Source: Nitrospirota bacterium (lineage in GTDB: Bacteria > Nitrospirota > JACRHJ01). From it: DNA of 64,000 nucleotides. The notes below the pieces were generated by a model. That model had not been told where the DNA came from. It saw nothing but the letters and a program-made list of their open reading frames with translations, and ran no database searches. How positions within the stretch are numbered: position 1 is the first letter of the stretch; every line of letters starts with the position of its first letter. A program made the position numbers and the translations under genes. Location of the stretch: contig CAWJRJ010000030.1 in NCBI GenBank assembly GCA_963845245.1, positions 31,837 through 95,836 of the forward strand, given 5' to 3'. This document shows, one piece after another, positions 42,959 to 51,872 of the stretch.

Positions 42959-44671
42959 TTAATAATGCAGGTCCTTTAGGTTAAGCTGCAGCGTCTTCTC
43001 ACCCTGCCACTCGTTCACGTTCAGGCTGAATGCGGCGTCCACTGTAACGTCCTTCATTGCCAGGCTCTGGTAAATGTTACCCATGTTGAAACCTATCGAG
43101 CTGAACCTTAGCCCGCCCTGCGTGACCACCATCTTAACATGGTTCTTGCCTACAACCTTCGGGTAGAGTACCCCAAGCCCGGATGCCTGCAGGACAGGTT
43201 CCGGGTTTCCCGCGCCAAATGGGCCCAGGCTTGAGAGTTCCCCGTGAAGCTCCCATCCCACATCACACAAAGGCACCTCCGCGTCGATCCTTAAAGACGG
43301 GCGGAAGTCTTCCTCGGTCAGGATATCAAGTGCTGTTGCCTCGAATTCCCGCCTGAAAGGTTCTATCATATCATGTTTTATCGAGAGGCCCGCGGCATAT
43401 TTGTGTCCGCCGAAACCCTCCAGATATAACCCGCACCTGGCAAGGGCCCTGTATAGGTGAAACGAAGGGATGCTCCTTGCGGAACCTTTACCCATGCTGT
43501 CCGAGAGCGATATGAGCACCGTCGGCTTGTAGAACTCTTCGACAAGCTTCGAAGCCACCACGCCTATGACACCCTGATGCCACTTTTCCGATGCGAGGAC
43601 TATCGTACGGCAGCCGCTATCGTAATTGGAGGCTAATATATATCTTGCCTCTTCGAGTATCTCTTCCTCTATCTTCTGCCTCTCCCTGTTCATTGCGTCA
43701 AGTTCAGCCGCGACCTTCGATGCTTCATCCGGGTCCTCCGTAATGAGAAGCCTTACTCCTGCCTCAGCCCGGCTGAGCCGTCCGGACGCGTTCAGCCGGG
43801 GGGCCACCTGAAAAGCCACAATACCGGAGCTTATATTGCCTTTTATCGACGCCACCTCTTTGAGCGCCCTGATACCGGGCCTCGTACCCTCGTTCATTAC
43901 GCGGAGGCCATGTTTGACCAGCACCCTGTTCTCACCTGTGAGAGGCACAACGTCCGCAATAGTCCCGAGGGCGACAAGGTCAAGATATTTGATCAACGAA
44001 GGGTCTATTCCGGGCCCTGCGCTGTCTTTGCCGTCAAGGCCGGCCTTTATCGCCTGGGCAAGTTTAAATGCGACTCCGACCCCGGCGAGGCTCATGAATG
44101 GGTAACAGGATTTTTTCAGGCAGGGGTTCACGATGGCATATGCATCGGGGATGATGTCTGGCGCCTCGTGGTGGTCGGTGATTATAACGTCCAATCCCAT
44201 GTTTGCGGCCGCCTCGACCTCTATGATAGAGGATATCCCGCAGTCCACCGTTATAATCAGCGTGACGCCTTTTTCTTTTATTCTCTTCAGTACATCAAGG
44301 CTTAAGCCATACCCGTCTTCCAGCCTTCTGGGGATGTGATAGAGAACGTCTTTTCCTATGTCCCTGAAGAATTCAACCAGAAGTGAGGTTGCTGTTATGC
44401 CGTCAGCATCGTAATCGCCGTAGACCAGTATCTTCTCGCCGCCGCGGATGGCCGCTAGCACGCGTGCCACGACCCTGTCTATACCGTCGAACAGGAAAGG
44501 GTCATGCAGGTCTGAAAGCGAGGCGCTGAGGAATGTACTGGCCTCTTCTTTACTCTTGATGCCTCGGTTTACAAGAATAATTGCGGTGGCGGGGGAAATG
44601 TTAAGCTCACGGCAAAGCAAGCCCTTCAGTACCTGACATGCTTCCTGTTTTACCCAGCGCTTTACAAGCAA
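42959..44671 (-). CDS. recJ: Single-stranded DNA exonuclease RecJ
   Basis: YGDYDADG, TVDCGI, TDHH, GTIADVVPL, PRLNASGR, GSARS and GGH.YAAG. Confidence 0.96.
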   Translation of the reverse strand: MLVKRWVKQEACQVLKGLLCRELNISPATAIILVNRGIKSKEEASTFLSASLSDLHDPFLFDGIDRVVARVLAAIRGGEKILVYGDYDADGITATSLLVEFFRDIGKDVLYHIPRRLEDGYGLSLDVLKRIKEKGVTLIITVDCGISSIIEVEAAANMGLDVIITDHHEAPDIIPDAYAIVNPCLKKSCYPFMSLAGVGVAFKLAQAIKAGLDGKDSAGPGIDPSLIKYLDLVALGTIADVVPLTGENRVLVKHGLRVMNEGTRPGIRALKEVASIKGNISSGIVAFQVAPRLNASGRLSRAEAGVRLLITEDPDEASKVAAELDAMNRERQKIEEEILEEARYILASNYDSGCRTIVLASEKWHQGVIGVVASKLVEEFYKPTVLISLSDSMGKGSARSIPSFHLYRALARCGLYLEGFGGHKYAAGLSIKHDMIEPFRREFEATALDILTEEDFRPSLRIDAEVPLCDVGWELHGELSSLGPFGAGNPEPVLQASGLGVLYPKVVGKNHVKMVVTQGGLRFSSIGFNMGNIYQSLAMKDVTVDAAFSLNVNEWQGEKTLQLNLKDLHY

Positions 44672-44753
44672 AACTCTCGTCCCCCATGCCGGGACCCCGG
44701 CGGAACAGGAAATTTTTAATTTGTTTACTAACGGTTAAGACTTGGCTTAGGAT

Positions 44754-45827
44754 TTATTTCTGCCCTTTCCGCCTTTTTTGAGCCTTGCCGGCGCTTCCGG
44801 CCGATGCCTTGACGGGCGTCTCGGCAGGCTGTGGCTGTGCTGGGGCTGCTGGCTGCTGGGCCGTAACGGGTTTTGCTTCAAGAGATACTTTGACAGGCTG
44901 CTTTGTGAGCATCCCGGCCTTTATAAGCCTGGTGCCCTTCTGGCCCCTCCACACATACAAGAGCGGGCTAGCGACAAATATCGAGGAGTAGGTGCCTACC
45001 ACGACGCCCATCAACATCGCGAATGCGAAGTCGTGGAGCACCTCGCCGCCGAAGATAAAGAGAGACAGGACGGCCAGGAAGACGGTCATGGAGGTCACTA
45101 TGGTACGTGAAAGCACCTCGTTGATACTGCTGTTTATGATATCCATGAGGCCGTCCTTCTGCCTCATCTTCAGGTTTTCACGGATACGGTCGAAGACGAC
45201 GACGGTGTCAGTAAGGGAATATCCGGCAAGTGTCAGGAGCGCCGTGACCACGAGAAGCGTTATCTCCTTGTGCATCAGCCAGAATATGCCCATGACCGCA
45301 AGCACGTCATGGAAGGTCGCGACAGTGGCCGCCAGGCCGAACTTGAACTCGAACCTTATCCATATATAGATGATTATCCCGAGGAATGACAATACTATCG
45401 CCCAGAAAGCGTCCTTCTGGAGCGCCTTACCGACCGTCGGCCCGATTGCGGCGCTGGAGTCTATGGTGACAGGGTTGTCAGGCATGGCCTTTACAAAGGC
45501 CTCTTTTATCTTGTCCACAACCTGGGTGATTGGTATGTCCGTCTTCTTGACCCTGACCAGGAGCTTGGAGCCGTCTGTGAACGACTGGATCTCGGCGTCC
45601 CGGATCCCGACTGCGTCAAGCGCCTTACGCGCTGCTTCAACCTGTATCGGCTTCTGGAATACCAGGTTGGCCGATGCGCCTCCGGCGAAGTCGATGCCCA
45701 TGTTGGCCTTGCCCGTCACTATCATCACAACACATATGATACCCAAAAGGGCCAGGAGGAGCGAGACGCCGAATGCGATCTTCCTCTTGCCCAGAAAATC
45801 AATGTTCGTCTTTTTTATAAGTTCCAT
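44754..45827 (-). CDS. secF: Protein translocase subunit SecF
   Basis: GIDFAGG, IGPTVG, HDV, GYSL.DTVVVFDRIREN and GTYSSIFVASP. Confidence 0.96.
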   Translation of the reverse strand: MELIKKTNIDFLGKRKIAFGVSLLLALLGIICVVMIVTGKANMGIDFAGGASANLVFQKPIQVEAARKALDAVGIRDAEIQSFTDGSKLLVRVKKTDIPITQVVDKIKEAFVKAMPDNPVTIDSSAAIGPTVGKALQKDAFWAIVLSFLGIIIYIWIRFEFKFGLAATVATFHDVLAVMGIFWLMHKEITLLVVTALLTLAGYSLTDTVVVFDRIRENLKMRQKDGLMDIINSSINEVLSRTIVTSMTVFLAVLSLFIFGGEVLHDFAFAMLMGVVVGTYSSIFVASPLLYVWRGQKGTRLIKAGMLTKQPVKVSLEAKPVTAQQPAAPAQPQPAETPVKASAGSAGKAQKRRKGQK

Positions 45828-45860
45828 TTAGAAAAGCCTCCGGTATCTATTATAAATAAT

Positions 45861-47495
45861 TTATATGCTTAGTTTGTCCAGTTTCTTGCGGTTTATCATG
45901 TCGAAGACGACCTTGGTACCGACAAGGGCCGTAAACAGGTTTATTATTATACCAAGTGAAAGCGAGACCGCGAATCCTTTGATCGGGCCTGTGCCGAACT
46001 GGAAAAGCACGGCTGCCGTGATGAGCGTCGTGACGTGCGAGTCAAGGACTGTGGTGAACGCCTTGTCGTATCCGCCGTCCACCGCCGCGCGCACCGACTT
46101 GCCCAGGTGCAGTTCCTCCCTTATCCTCTCGAATATAAGGACGTTGGAATCGACGCCCATGCCTATGGTCAGGAGTATGCCCGCGAGGCCCGGGAGGGTG
46201 AGTGTCGCGCTGAGCGCCGCCAGAGCTCCTATCAGGATGACTACGTTAAGCGCGACCGCGAAGTCGGCTATAACACCGGCCATTTTGTAATAGATTGCCA
46301 TGAATATAAGGACGAGTATCGTGCCGAGCATTATGGCCTTGCTGCCGGACTGTATCGAGTCGGCGCCCAGCGTTGGCCCGACGGTCAGGTTCTGAATGGG
46401 CACCAGCGGGGCGGGCAGCGCGCCGGCCCTGAGGACTATCGCCAGGTCCTTGGCTTCCGTCTCGGTGAACCTTCCGGTGATCACGCCGCTGCCACCGCTT
46501 ATCCTCTCCCTTATGGAAGGAGCGGAGTATACGTTGTTGTCGAGGACTATGGCCATCCTTTTGCCCACGTTCGCGGCGGAGGCGGCATCGAATATCCTCG
46601 CGCCGACGGCGTCAAGCTTGAAGTTGACCTCTGCCTCCTGGCTCTTTGGGCTTATACCCATCCTGGCCTCGGTAAGGACGTCGCCGGTCATTATGGGTTC
46701 CTGCTTTACAATATAAGGGGTCTTCGTGACCGCGCCCGTGGATGGGTCCACGACGCGCTCAAAGAGTATCTGGTCGCCTGCGGGTATCTTGTCCTTGTAT
46801 TCGGCAACGATCTTGTCGGCGTCGCCTGCGGGTATGCTGCCCGGAAGGGGCGGGGAGACCTGCGCCGCATCGTCCACCATCTTGAACTCGAGCTGGGCAG
46901 TCTTGCCGATAAGGTCTAGCGCCCTCTGCGTATCCTTTACGCCCGGAAGCTGGACCAGTATCTCGTTCACACCCTGCTGCACTATTACCGGCTCGGCAAC
47001 GCCGAACTGGTCAATCCTGTTTCTGATGGTCTCGACCGCCTGGGAGACGGAGTTGGCCTTGATCCTCTCGGCTTCCTTGTCGTTTACGCCATAAACGACC
47101 GTGCCGCCCTCCTGCGATTTTTTCTCGAGGGTGGGCGCCTGCTCGGAGACCAATGCCGTGAACTTGTCCATGTCGGCGGGGTTCTGAAGTGTCGCCTGCA
47201 ACGCGTTGCCGGCCGTCTGCTTTATGTCGGCCAACGGGATGTTCTTCTCAGCTGCGCCGCCTCTCAGGGAGGAGACCAGACGCGCTACATGAGACTCGAC
47301 GGCCTTATCCGTCTGCACCTGGTATATGAGGTGCATGCCGCCCTGGAGGTCGAGGCCCAGGTTTATCTTGTTGCCAGGCCACCACTTGGGCAGGTCCGCC
47401 TTTTTGATACCGGGCATGCTCGGTATAAACAGGATAATGGCCAGCACCACGGCCGCTGATACCAGTGACAACCTCCAGTAAAGGCTCTTGTTCAT
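45861..47495 (-). CDS. secD: Protein translocase subunit SecD
   Basis: LGLDLQGG, IRNRIDQFGVAEP, LRAGALPAP, TLPGLAGI and DSNVLIFERIREE. Confidence 0.97.
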   Translation of the reverse strand: MNKSLYWRLSLVSAAVVLAIILFIPSMPGIKKADLPKWWPGNKINLGLDLQGGMHLIYQVQTDKAVESHVARLVSSLRGGAAEKNIPLADIKQTAGNALQATLQNPADMDKFTALVSEQAPTLEKKSQEGGTVVYGVNDKEAERIKANSVSQAVETIRNRIDQFGVAEPVIVQQGVNEILVQLPGVKDTQRALDLIGKTAQLEFKMVDDAAQVSPPLPGSIPAGDADKIVAEYKDKIPAGDQILFERVVDPSTGAVTKTPYIVKQEPIMTGDVLTEARMGISPKSQEAEVNFKLDAVGARIFDAASAANVGKRMAIVLDNNVYSAPSIRERISGGSGVITGRFTETEAKDLAIVLRAGALPAPLVPIQNLTVGPTLGADSIQSGSKAIMLGTILVLIFMAIYYKMAGVIADFAVALNVVILIGALAALSATLTLPGLAGILLTIGMGVDSNVLIFERIREELHLGKSVRAAVDGGYDKAFTTVLDSHVTTLITAAVLFQFGTGPIKGFAVSLSLGIIINLFTALVGTKVVFDMINRKKLDKLSI

Positions 47496-47711
47496 GAAAG
47501 ACTTACCTCCCGAAAATTATGGAAAAATACAGCTCTCTATTTTTGACTAAGGTTTGCTATATTAAGATAATCGGAGCTTGAATGCAAGTATAAATTAAAT
47601 CTGGACATTCTTCAAAAGATTAATAAACTTGCAAAATGCCCCGGCCTGATTTATCCTTTTTTCATTTGTTTGCAAATCTCATGGATTCAAAAACCCTGGA
47701 GGTATGTTTTA

Positions 47712-48635
47712 ATGAAAGTACTCGTTACGGGCGGGGCGGGGTTCATCGGCTCGCACATAGTGGACGCGCTCATCGAAAACGGGGATGAAGCCGTTATAAT
47801 CGACAACCTCTCCACCGGAAGACGGGAAAACATTAACCCGAAGGCGACATTTTACCATGCGGACATCAGGGACAAGGCCCTCTCCTCCATCTTCGCAAAG
47901 GAGAGGCCTGACGTTGTATGCCACCACGCCGCGCAGGTGAGCGTCAGAAACTCCGTAGCCGACCCCTGCACGGATGCCGACATAAACATCACGGGTGCTA
48001 TCAACCTTATGGAGGCTTCCCGCATATATGGTGTAAAGAAGGTCGTATTCGCATCCTCGGGCGGCGCGATATACGGCGAACAAGACACATTCCCCGCAAC
48101 CGAGTCGCACCCTACCCGCCCGCTTTCCCCATATGGCGCGGCGAAACTCTCATTCGAGTTCTACCTCAACTATTACAAAGAGGTATATGGCATACCCTAT
48201 GTGGCGCTGCGGTACTCCAACGTCTACGGCCCGCGGCAGGACCCGCACGGCGAGGCCGGCGTCGTCGCCATCTTCTGCGGCATAATGCTCAAAGGAGAGA
48301 CCCCGACCATAAACGGGGACGGCGGCCAGACCAGGGATTATGTGTTCGTCAAGGACGTGGTAGCCGCGAACCTGGCCACCATAAAAAAAGATATCACCGG
48401 CGAGTTCAATATCGGCACCGGCCTGGAGACGTCGGTCAACGGCCTCTACGAGCTTATCAAGAAAAAAACCGGGTATGCAGGTACGGCCAGGAACGCCCCG
48501 GCAAAGACAGGCGAGCAGTACAGAAGCGTGCTCGACGCCTCGCTTGCAGGCAGCAGTCTGGGCTGGCGGCCATCGAAGGCCCTGGAGGAAGGCATAGAGG
48601 AAACCGTATCCTTCTTCAAAGGCCGGGAGGCATAA
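47712..48635 (+). CDS. NAD-dependent epimerase/dehydratase (UDP-glucose 4-epimerase-like)
   Basis: TGGAGFIGSH, ASSGGAIYG, YGAAK (YxxxK), RYSNVYGPRQ and QTRDYVFV. Confidence 0.92.
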   Translation: MKVLVTGGAGFIGSHIVDALIENGDEAVIIDNLSTGRRENINPKATFYHADIRDKALSSIFAKERPDVVCHHAAQVSVRNSVADPCTDADINITGAINLMEASRIYGVKKVVFASSGGAIYGEQDTFPATESHPTRPLSPYGAAKLSFEFYLNYYKEVYGIPYVALRYSNVYGPRQDPHGEAGVVAIFCGIMLKGETPTINGDGGQTRDYVFVKDVVAANLATIKKDITGEFNIGTGLETSVNGLYELIKKKTGYAGTARNAPAKTGEQYRSVLDASLAGSSLGWRPSKALEEGIEETVSFFKGREA

Positions 48636-48789
48636 TTTTTTGGCAAAAAGCAGAAAAATCTATTTGGTTTGAGTTTTAGGAGATTTTCTGCTATTATATT
48701 TATATGGGCCGGATTGACCGGCATGTTCAGTGCCTGGGGGTCAACGCAAAGGTTGTTCTTTCAGGGATACTTTTTTCAAGGAGACGACA

Positions 48790-49140
48790 ATGGGCAACAA
48801 GCTTTATGTGGGCAACCTTTCCTTCAAGTCATCAGACGAAGACATCAAGGAGCTTTTCTCTCAGGCGGGTGAAGTTACTTCCGTGAAGATTATCACGGAC
48901 ACCTATTCCGGTCAGTCCCGCGGTTTCGGGTTCGTCGAGATGGCTACAGACGCCGAGGCCCAGAAGGCCATCGAGCTGTTCAACGGGAAAGACCACCTTG
49001 GCAGGGCCCTCACCGTCAACGAGGCCAAGCCGCAGCAGAAGCGTGAAGGCGGCGGTGGCGGCGGTGGCAGAGGCGGTTACGGCGGCGGCGGCGGTGGTCG
49101 TGGCGGCGGTGGCGGCTACGGCGGCGGCAGGGACAGATAG
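48790..49140 (+). CDS. RRM-domain RNA-binding protein with Gly-rich tail
   Basis: KLYVGNL (RNP2), RGFGFVEM (RNP1), GGGRGGYG tail; AAGGAG RBS. Confidence 0.95.
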   Translation: MGNKLYVGNLSFKSSDEDIKELFSQAGEVTSVKIITDTYSGQSRGFGFVEMATDAEAQKAIELFNGKDHLGRALTVNEAKPQQKREGGGGGGGRGGYGGGGGGRGGGGGYGGGRDR

Positions 49141-49166
49141 TCCAGCCTGAAAATTTGAAATTTCTT

Positions 49167-49198
49167 GAAGCCTCCCGGTTATCCGGGGGGCTTTTTTT
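49167..49198 (+). terminator. Rho-independent terminator after the RRM gene
   Basis: AAGCCTCCCGG-TTAT-CCGGGGGGCTT followed by a poly-T run. Confidence 0.85.
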
Positions 49199-49219
49199 AT
49201 TTGTGGGGAGGGGATGATT

Positions 49220-49313
49220 TGTCATTCCGAGTGAAGCCGAGGAATCCACATTTGACTATAGGTCTTAAAATGAAAGCCTTACTGTGGGTCCCTCCGCTAC
49301 GGTCGGGACGACA
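49220..49313. repeat. REP-like palindromic element (GTCATTCCGAG..GAAG..GAGGAATCC type)
   Basis: 31-nt arms 49220..49250 and 49283..49313 are imperfect inverted repeats (23/31 by my alignment) around a 32-nt spacer. Confidence 0.65.
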
Positions 49314-49324
49314 GGCTGGCTGGC

Positions 49325-49832
49325 TTACCTAAGCAGTTTGTTGTACGCGTCGAATACGTCCTGGTTGAAGCAGACTATTATCACCTTCTCGATTGAAGCT
49401 GTCCGCTTCGAGGAATTTCTTTATCTCGGCGACCGCAATCCTTGAGGCGCGCTCCACCGGGAAGCCGTACGCCCCGGTGCTGATGGACGGAAAGGCTATT
49501 GTCTTCACGCCGTTCTGCGCGGCAAGCGCGAGCGAGTTCCTGTAGCAGTTCGCAAGCAGCCCGTCCTCGCCCCTGTCCCCTCCCCGCCATATCGGGCCTA
49601 CGGTGTGCATCACGTATTTCGCGGGCAGGTCGTATCCGCCGGTCAACCGCGCCTCGCCCGTGGGGCATCCGCCAAGAGTCCTGCATTCGCGCAGAAGCCC
49701 CGGCCCCGCCGCCGCGTGTATCGCGCCGTCAACACCTCCGCCCCCGAGCAGGGTACTGTTCGCCGCATTCACAATCGCGTCAATTTCGAGCCTTGTGATG
49801 TCGGCCTTAATTATTTGGATACGGTTTAGCAT
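49325..49832 (-). CDS. Macro domain protein (O-acetyl-ADP-ribose deacetylase, YmdB/MacroD-like); apparent frameshift near 49395
   Basis: DIT...[25 protein letters not shown] and [13 protein letters not shown]; the shifted frame gives the typical end [22 protein letters not shown]. Confidence 0.92.
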
Positions 49833-49859
49833 ATTGGCTGTCCGGGAAGCGGGTAACTT

Positions 49860-50105
49860 TTACAAATAAGGCAACATCCAATTAATTGCATATATTGCCA
49901 TTATCACCATTATTATTCCAATTATGATACATAAAATTCTAAGACCTTTTTCTCCATAATCTTCTCTTACTCTATTAAACAAATAATAATGTGGATCATC
50001 ATTATCTGGTAAGATTTTATGTCCCTTGTATACTCCATAGATAAAATATAAACCTGTAATCAAAAAACCGCCTAAAAGAGCCACAACGAGAATTTGAAAT
50101 ATCAC
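49860..50105 (-). CDS. Small AT-rich two-TM membrane protein (weak resemblance to Imm17-like immunity proteins)
   Basis: 81 aa with two hydrophobic helices linked by R.DYGEKGLRI; AGGAG RBS; low GC. Confidence 0.65.
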   Translation of the reverse strand: MIFQILVVALLGGFLITGLYFIYGVYKGHKILPDNDDPHYYLFNRVREDYGEKGLRILCIIIGIIMVIMAIYAINWMLPYL

Positions 50106-50210
50106 GAATCAACTCCTTTAAAGGAATGATAGGCCGTCTCACGTACAGTATACTGAAAAGTATTATCCGATGATTCTCTGCTAACAACGATTGGCCATGA
50201 CTTGTGGCCT

Positions 50211-50720
50211 TTATTCCTTTTCTTCCATCAGTTTCTTATAATTCCCGACCCAATACTTCGCTTCGGCCTTGACCGCCTTATACTCGCTTTCGGAGAATGC
50301 AGGTATGATGAACTCATAGTCCCCGCCGTCTTCCGACTGGTAGCTGATCGTCTCTTTCGTCTTGTATTTATTCTGCAGGACGTTCCCCGTCAGTTCCTGG
50401 ATGCATACGAATGCGATGTCGCGCACCTGTATCTTCGCTGGAGCATACTTCGGGTCGTCATTCAATATCACATCTTTGTTGTCCATCAGGTTGTACAATG
50501 CCGTGATGTCTGCATCGGTGGGCTCTTCGCTCGTATAGGTATAGATGAGCTGCCCGATTTCCCTGCTGCCGGAGCCTTTTATTTTCTCCAGAAGCTTTTT
50601 CGTTTCCTCTGGATATTTTATTGCATTCTTTGCCGCCCCGGCCTTTGCAGGAGCCGCAAAGCAGACGGTCGCCAACAGACACACGGATATCAGCCCGGCT
50701 AACACGCTTACGATTTTCAT
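50211..50720 (-). CDS. Secreted hypothetical protein
   Basis: Signal peptide (MKIVSVLAGLISVCLLATVCFA), AAGGAGG RBS, 169 aa. Confidence 0.75.
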   Translation of the reverse strand: MKIVSVLAGLISVCLLATVCFAAPAKAGAAKNAIKYPEETKKLLEKIKGSGSREIGQLIYTYTSEEPTDADITALYNLMDNKDVILNDDPKYAPAKIQVRDIAFVCIQELTGNVLQNKYKTKETISYQSEDGGDYEFIIPAFSESEYKAVKAEAKYWVGNYKKLMEEKE

Positions 50721-50735
50721 GGCTATACCTCCTTG

Positions 50736-51495
50736 TTATTTTTTAAATGCCTTTATCACCGCGCAGATCGCCAGCTTGTGCCCCGTCCTCGCGTTCCTGC
50801 CGGACCAAAGCACCTGCGGGTCCTTGAAGCCCGCGCGCCGCATCCGCTCCAGGAACTCGTCCTTCGGATACGCGCCGCCGATGCAGCGGAACCAGTCGTC
50901 TATGCTCTTTCGCTCCTCCACCGCGAACGGCTCCATCAGGACTATCTCTGCGAACACCGTGCGCCCGCCGGGTTTAAGCACGCGGTACACCTCGCGCATC
51001 ACCGCATCCTTGTCCGGCGAGAGGTTGTATATCCCATTGGCGGTAACTATGTCCACGGAGTTGTCCGGGAGCGGCACCCTGTCGGACGGGGCCTCAAGAA
51101 GTTCGAAATTAGCCACGCCAGCCGCCTTCAGGTTCGCCGCCGCCTTCTCAAGCATAACGGAGGAAATATCCAGCCCGTAGACGCGGCCTTCCGACCCGAC
51201 CTTCTTTGAGTAGACATACAGGTCAAGCCCGGCCCCGCATCCCATGTCGAGCAGCGTCTCGCCCGGCCGGACGTCCACGTATTCATGCGGGTTGCCCGCG
51301 CCGGTGAACGACTCCCAGAAACCCTGCGGCAGGCTGTCGAGCAGCTCCGGGGCGATATCCCACGCTCTCGGCGAACTTCCTGCCTACTGGGAAGTTGAAC
51401 TTCGAACAAGGGTCGGTTGCGACCTGTCCGTAACGTTCGGACACGGCCTTCTTTATCTCGTCCGGCCCCATCTCGGAAAGCGGCTTTTTCTCCAT
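50736..51495 (-). CDS. ArsM-like class I SAM-dependent methyltransferase (apparent frameshift near 51355)
   Basis: IKKAVSERY, FPVGR...GY, ESFTGAGNP, LDMGCGAGLD, YGLDIS..ML, YRVLKPGGR and W.RCIGGA. Confidence 0.85.
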
Positions 51496-51563
51496 TAAAA
51501 CGCCCCCTGTTTATTATTACATTCTTCCATAACAACCGGACAATGGCAAGCCCCAAATTCGGC

Positions 51564-51592
51564 TTGACTACTGTACAAAAGTACAGTATAGT
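51564..51592 (+). promoter_or_regulatory. Sigma70 promoter with embedded palindromic LexA operator
   Basis: TTGACT-17 nt-TATAGT; the spacer holds the dyad TACTGTAC-AAAA-GTACAGTA (51569..51588) upstream of an operon that ends in lexA. Confidence 0.85.
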
Positions 51593-51620
51593 TTTCCCAG
51601 GCAAGAAAAGGCAGGGAACT

Positions 51621-51872
51621 ATGTATGAAGTGGCTGAAAGGATAACGGTGGGCGCGGTCTTCTCGGGCGGGAAGATGCGGCCCGCATGGTTCGAGTGGCG
51701 CGGAAGGAAGTACCGGGTCGAGGAAATAACCTATACCTGGGAGTCCCGCGAAGGCGCGACCACCGTCCAGCATTTCTCGGTAATATCCGGCGCGAATGTA
51801 TACAACCTCGCCTACTATCCGCCGGAAGCCAACTGGGAGATAAAAGGCGTAGAACAGGACTGGAGAGGATAG
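51621..51872 (+). CDS. Small beta-rich hypothetical protein (DUF6504/ImuB-C-like pattern)
   Basis: 83 aa, P.WFEWRGRKYRV..I...W...G....FSV......Y.L.Y.....W.I; its stop overlaps the polymerase start (TAGTG). Confidence 0.8.
   Translation: MYEVAERITVGAVFSGGKMRPAWFEWRGRKYRVEEITYTWESREGATTVQHFSVISGANVYNLAYYPPEANWEIKGVEQDWRG

Noticed and set aside
49047..49130. GGC-rich tandem repeats as a repeat array
   Set aside because: These are codons for the Gly-rich tail of the RRM protein, with no spacer structure.
50143..50162. GTACAGTATACTGAAAAGTA as a second LexA box
   Set aside because: It has only one half-site of the 51569 operator with no correctly spaced partner. It is better explained as the TATACT -10 element of the downstream minus-strand gene.
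50736..51495. Selenocysteine readthrough in the ArsM-like methyltransferase
   Set aside because: The break is a frame change, not an in-frame TGA, and the candidate position is a normal Cys codon.
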